A DNA stretch of 64,000 nt from Takakia lepidozioides (Eukaryota; Plantae; Bryophyta). Under the pieces are notes generated by a model that was not told the origin of the DNA, did not search any database, and saw nothing but the letters and a program-made list of their open reading frames with translations. The DNA is taken from NCBI GenBank assembly GCA_030704615.1, contig CM060732.1, positions 47,306,001-47,370,000 on the forward strand, given 5' to 3'. A program made the position numbers and the translations under genes. Position 1 is the stretch's first letter; each line of letters opens with the position of its first letter. This document shows, in pieces, positions 60,865 to 64,000 of the stretch.

Positions 60865-61630
60865 CGGAAACAAAAGGGACAGAACCTGCTCTCTGTCAGG
60901 GGCTGACGTTGGTAGTAAGACTTACCTTCATATATAGAATTAATCTGGGTTTTCCAGATATCCTCTACAAATCCCTTCACACAAGCATCAATCTGCTGTG
61001 TGTGATTTGCCCAATAACTAGGCCTCAGGAAGGCCTAGGCTTTTGGCTCAATGTTGAGACTTTCAAAGTTGGTAAACAGATGTACAGGCACAATTCCCTT
61101 GATAGATTTGAAGAGAACGTCTCTTTGGTGAGAGAACCCCGGACAGTGTATCAGAAAATGAGTATTGTCTTTAGATTGCCCACACAACGGGCAATTGCAC
61201 TCTCCCTGTCCTCTCTGTTTCTGTTTGTTGTTCAAAGGTAGGCTTCCTGCCCTGAGTTTAAATTTCAGTCTAGTGCCGAGAGTGGGTAGACCCTTGAGGT
61301 CATCCAAGATGTCCTCCCCCATGTCACTGACTGGAAACAAGTTCAGGGAAGTTTTCTGCTCCAGGGCTGTTTATGTCTTTAATTGACAATGGGTCCTTAT
61401 GGGTCCTGTCCATGTCTTGACATGACGTGAATATCTTCCCTCTCCCTCTCTCTTTTTAACTTTTTCTGTAGAGGGGTCAACTCTGAGGTTAAGAAAACCA
61501 TGCTTTGTCGCATTATTAGACCTGCCTTGGAGTACGGATCTGCCATATGGGTTGATAAATCTGAATTAGAGGATGTAGTGTCCAAAGCCATGTCTGTTGC
61601 CATGAGATTGTCTGATGAAAATGAAGTGAT
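60865..61630. mobile_element. LINE fragments: CCHC 3' piece on - (60865-61360) and RT-thumb piece on + (61490-61630)
   Basis: CNCPLCGQSKDNTHFLIHCPG on the - strand; CRIIRPALEYGSAIW fused to DKSELEDVVSKAMSVAMRLS on the + strand. Confidence 0.65.
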
Positions 61631-63257
61631 ACATTCTTATTCTTATATATATCCTTGTCAGTGGAGGTGTTGGTGGCTCCAAGGCATCACACGCCTTGCG
61701 CTTGGGACCCATTTGAACCTACGCCCAAACCCTATCACCCCCCCTATGTAAGACTAATGCAAATGAAGACACAAGGGACACAGCGGAAATGAAGACGACC
61801 GTCAAGGCATAGATGAGAAGCAGCACATGAAAGGAATGCGCTGAAGGTTATTTGAACAGAGGCAGCCAGACATATCCCAAGATAGAGAGAAGCAACAAGC
61901 TTAGGGGACACAACATATATGAAAGAGCCTACGGAACCCGGCCCCCGCTTCTGCGAATTCATTTCTGCACATCTACGCAACCCGCCTGGCACCTGCGCAA
62001 TTCTAGGTTGGGTACCCAGGCATCCAAAGCGCCAAGGCCTTGTGCCAACGAAAAATGAAGGAGGGGGTGGCCATTGCACACACAAAACACAAACAAACGA
62101 GGCTGCTCAATGGAGGTGGCAGGTAGCGCAGGAAGGAGAAGGTGGAGTTTGCAGAACGAGCGCGAAACCCAGCCCTCGGGCAGTGCCATCTTGGCAGCCC
62201 GTGCCTCATCACCCCTGTATGGCCTCCCGCCGCAAAACCCCACCGGCTTCGTCATACGGGCCTGCCACGTCGCCCGTCAACCTGCCGGCGTGCCCCCCTC
62301 CACCAAAAATCCTGCACCCCCCATGCTTCCAAAACTTACTGACGACGGAGAAATTATCTGTTGGGGGCGCCATGAAGTGCTGCGTGTGCAGGACATTGGG
62401 GGCTACAATTTTCATTCAGGCGGTGTCTTCATCGGAGTTCATTCGGCGAAGTTGCGGCTGGATGAAAAACTGAGGCGACACGTTTCGGGTCGCCTCGTCA
62501 TTTAGGGGTTAAGGGTTAATCCCCAATGGCTGCATTAATCAGTTTAGAAAGTGGACTTCTATTAAAGGCTATAATTGTGGTTGCCCAACTCTCCCCCAAA
62601 GATTCCAAATCCCTCATATATTCACATTTAAGTTTGATCCAGATACCCCCTTTATATAGCTTATAGGTTGGTTATAATGGATGACATCCAATATACACCT
62701 ACATATGTCTCATCCTTCTTTCTCCAAAAAGACGCAAGGAAACTCAGTTCTATCCATTGATAATCTCTTCATGATTAGAGCAACAGGTGGTTGCATTGAG
62801 GGATTTACCAGCTCTCGTCCAGTAGTGTGACTGTCAAATATCTGCAGAGGACCTCACCAATAACGCAGGTTTCAACACAATTATCTATGACCTGCAAAGA
62901 GCAATTTGTTGATTGTTGACGGGGACAAGCCTGAAGATAGTCCAGTTCTATCATTCTATACGACCGTTTACTACGTGAGACTGACTTTGACTTCTATACT
63001 GTCTATACCAAGAAATTATTTTACCAAATAGCTCATTATCTATATATGCGGATATTCTAACTTTTGGTGACAATTTTAGTAGACCCATTTATACTATTTT
63101 GATGTATTTTATGATTTTTTTAGGTGAAATTTTGTGTTAACTTATATATATCTAGTTTTAGATTTAAATTTTAGTATGTTAGCTAAAAATTATACATTTG
63201 GTTAAGAACATTTAACTGTATTTCAAAATATAGATATACAATAATTTTCCATTTTAA

Positions 63258-64000
63258 CCCTTAAGTTCCCAAGCGACCTGAATCGGGTCACTTTGAATTT
63301 GCAGTTCGACCTAATTTTTGCAGATCTAATCTGATGGGGCCCACTCCTGAAGCGTTAATGACAAAGGATTTGTCTCGAGTATGATGCAAAAAACAAAATT
63401 TAAAAAAAAACAAAAGCTACGACCTACAAAAAATATCTTAGATCTCTCATTTACGTTTTGGGGCCTGAAAAGGGCTTGTTGACCGCTGACGTGGCAGGTA
63501 AACAAGCCCAAAACAGATTGCACTCCAAAGGCCATTTTTGGCATAAAATTAGCAATTTTGGAAAAAGTGCTTCACCTTGTGGTGTGTGAGCATTACATAC
63601 ACACATCCACCATTGGCTTTTAAAAATTTTGTAGAAAAAAAGTACTTCATTTGGAGGCACATTTTCTCTTGTCAATTTTGAGATTTCAACCCCCATGTAA
63701 TTGCATGCATAGCAAGCATAGGTGAAAAAATCAGTTGGACCTGCAATTTAGTGGGGTCATAGCCACTCCACTATTGATTTGGAAATGGTGGGTCTTGGGG
63801 CAAGCAAAATTGGATAAAGCTAGGTTTTGATTTGGTCAAACCAATTTCTTTCTCACTTTTTCTTTGGGACCTGATATTTGAGGTCCGGGCCAACGCTATA
63901 ATCTCACAATTTCAACGGTGGACTTGGCTCATTTTTTGGTATGTCATGCATAAATGAGCTGGGCCCAATTTTTGCTATAAGGCTGGAATCTCTGGATGAT
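63258..64000. mobile_element. Left end of another piggyBac-like element (runs out of the window)
   Basis: TTAA|CCCTTAAG, followed by GCGACCTGAATCGGGTCAC, which resembles GCGACCCGAAACGTGTCGC inside the 62508 end. No partner TIR is visible. Confidence 0.4.

Larger units (their letters stand above)
48023..62508. mobile_element. 14.5-kb non-autonomous unit bounded by piggyBac-type TIRs and TTAA target sites
   Basis: Left end TTAA|CCCCTAAACGACGAG and right end CTCGTCATTTAGGGG|TTAA (14/15 inverted match). The flanks rejoin into the MITE TIR. No piggyBac transposase is seen inside. Confidence 0.75.

Noticed and set aside
61744-62505. Overlapping ORFs of 100-180 aa near the right piggyBac end
   Set aside because: No transposase or other motifs; consistent with GC-rich terminal sequence.

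Overview
Eukaryotic, intron-containing land-plant nuclear DNA. LEA_1-like, F-box/kelch-type, PORR and PLS-type PPR sequences are present, and the mix of CRE-like, Penelope-like and piggyBac elements suggests a non-flowering plant such as a bryophyte, lycophyte or fern (inference). The first 18 kb hold two paralogous LEA_1-like genes with identical first-exon architecture, a decayed Ty1/copia element, an intronless F-box/kelch-type gene, a CRE-like non-LTR fragment and a PORR fragment. From 18.2 kb onward the window is a nest of DNA transposons whose history can be read from TIRs and target-site duplications. (1) A large CACTA element starts at 18195 and carries TnpD, a TnpA-like gene and an unexpected SET-domain gene. 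(2) A 9.3-kb deleted sister CACTA is inserted in its left end (TSD TTT) and carries Penelope-like RT cargo and a second, diverged SET fragment. (3) The right end of the outer CACTA, with matching TSD and flank, now lies inverted 37 kb away at 55909. (4) That end sits inside a 14.5-kb unit bounded by piggyBac-type TIRs and TTAA (48023-62508), which split the TIR of a 97-bp piggyBac MITE. A decayed piggyBac transposase lies at 45.1-46.4 kb. All family assignments come from motif recognition by eye; no database searches were run, and non-terminal boundaries are approximate.
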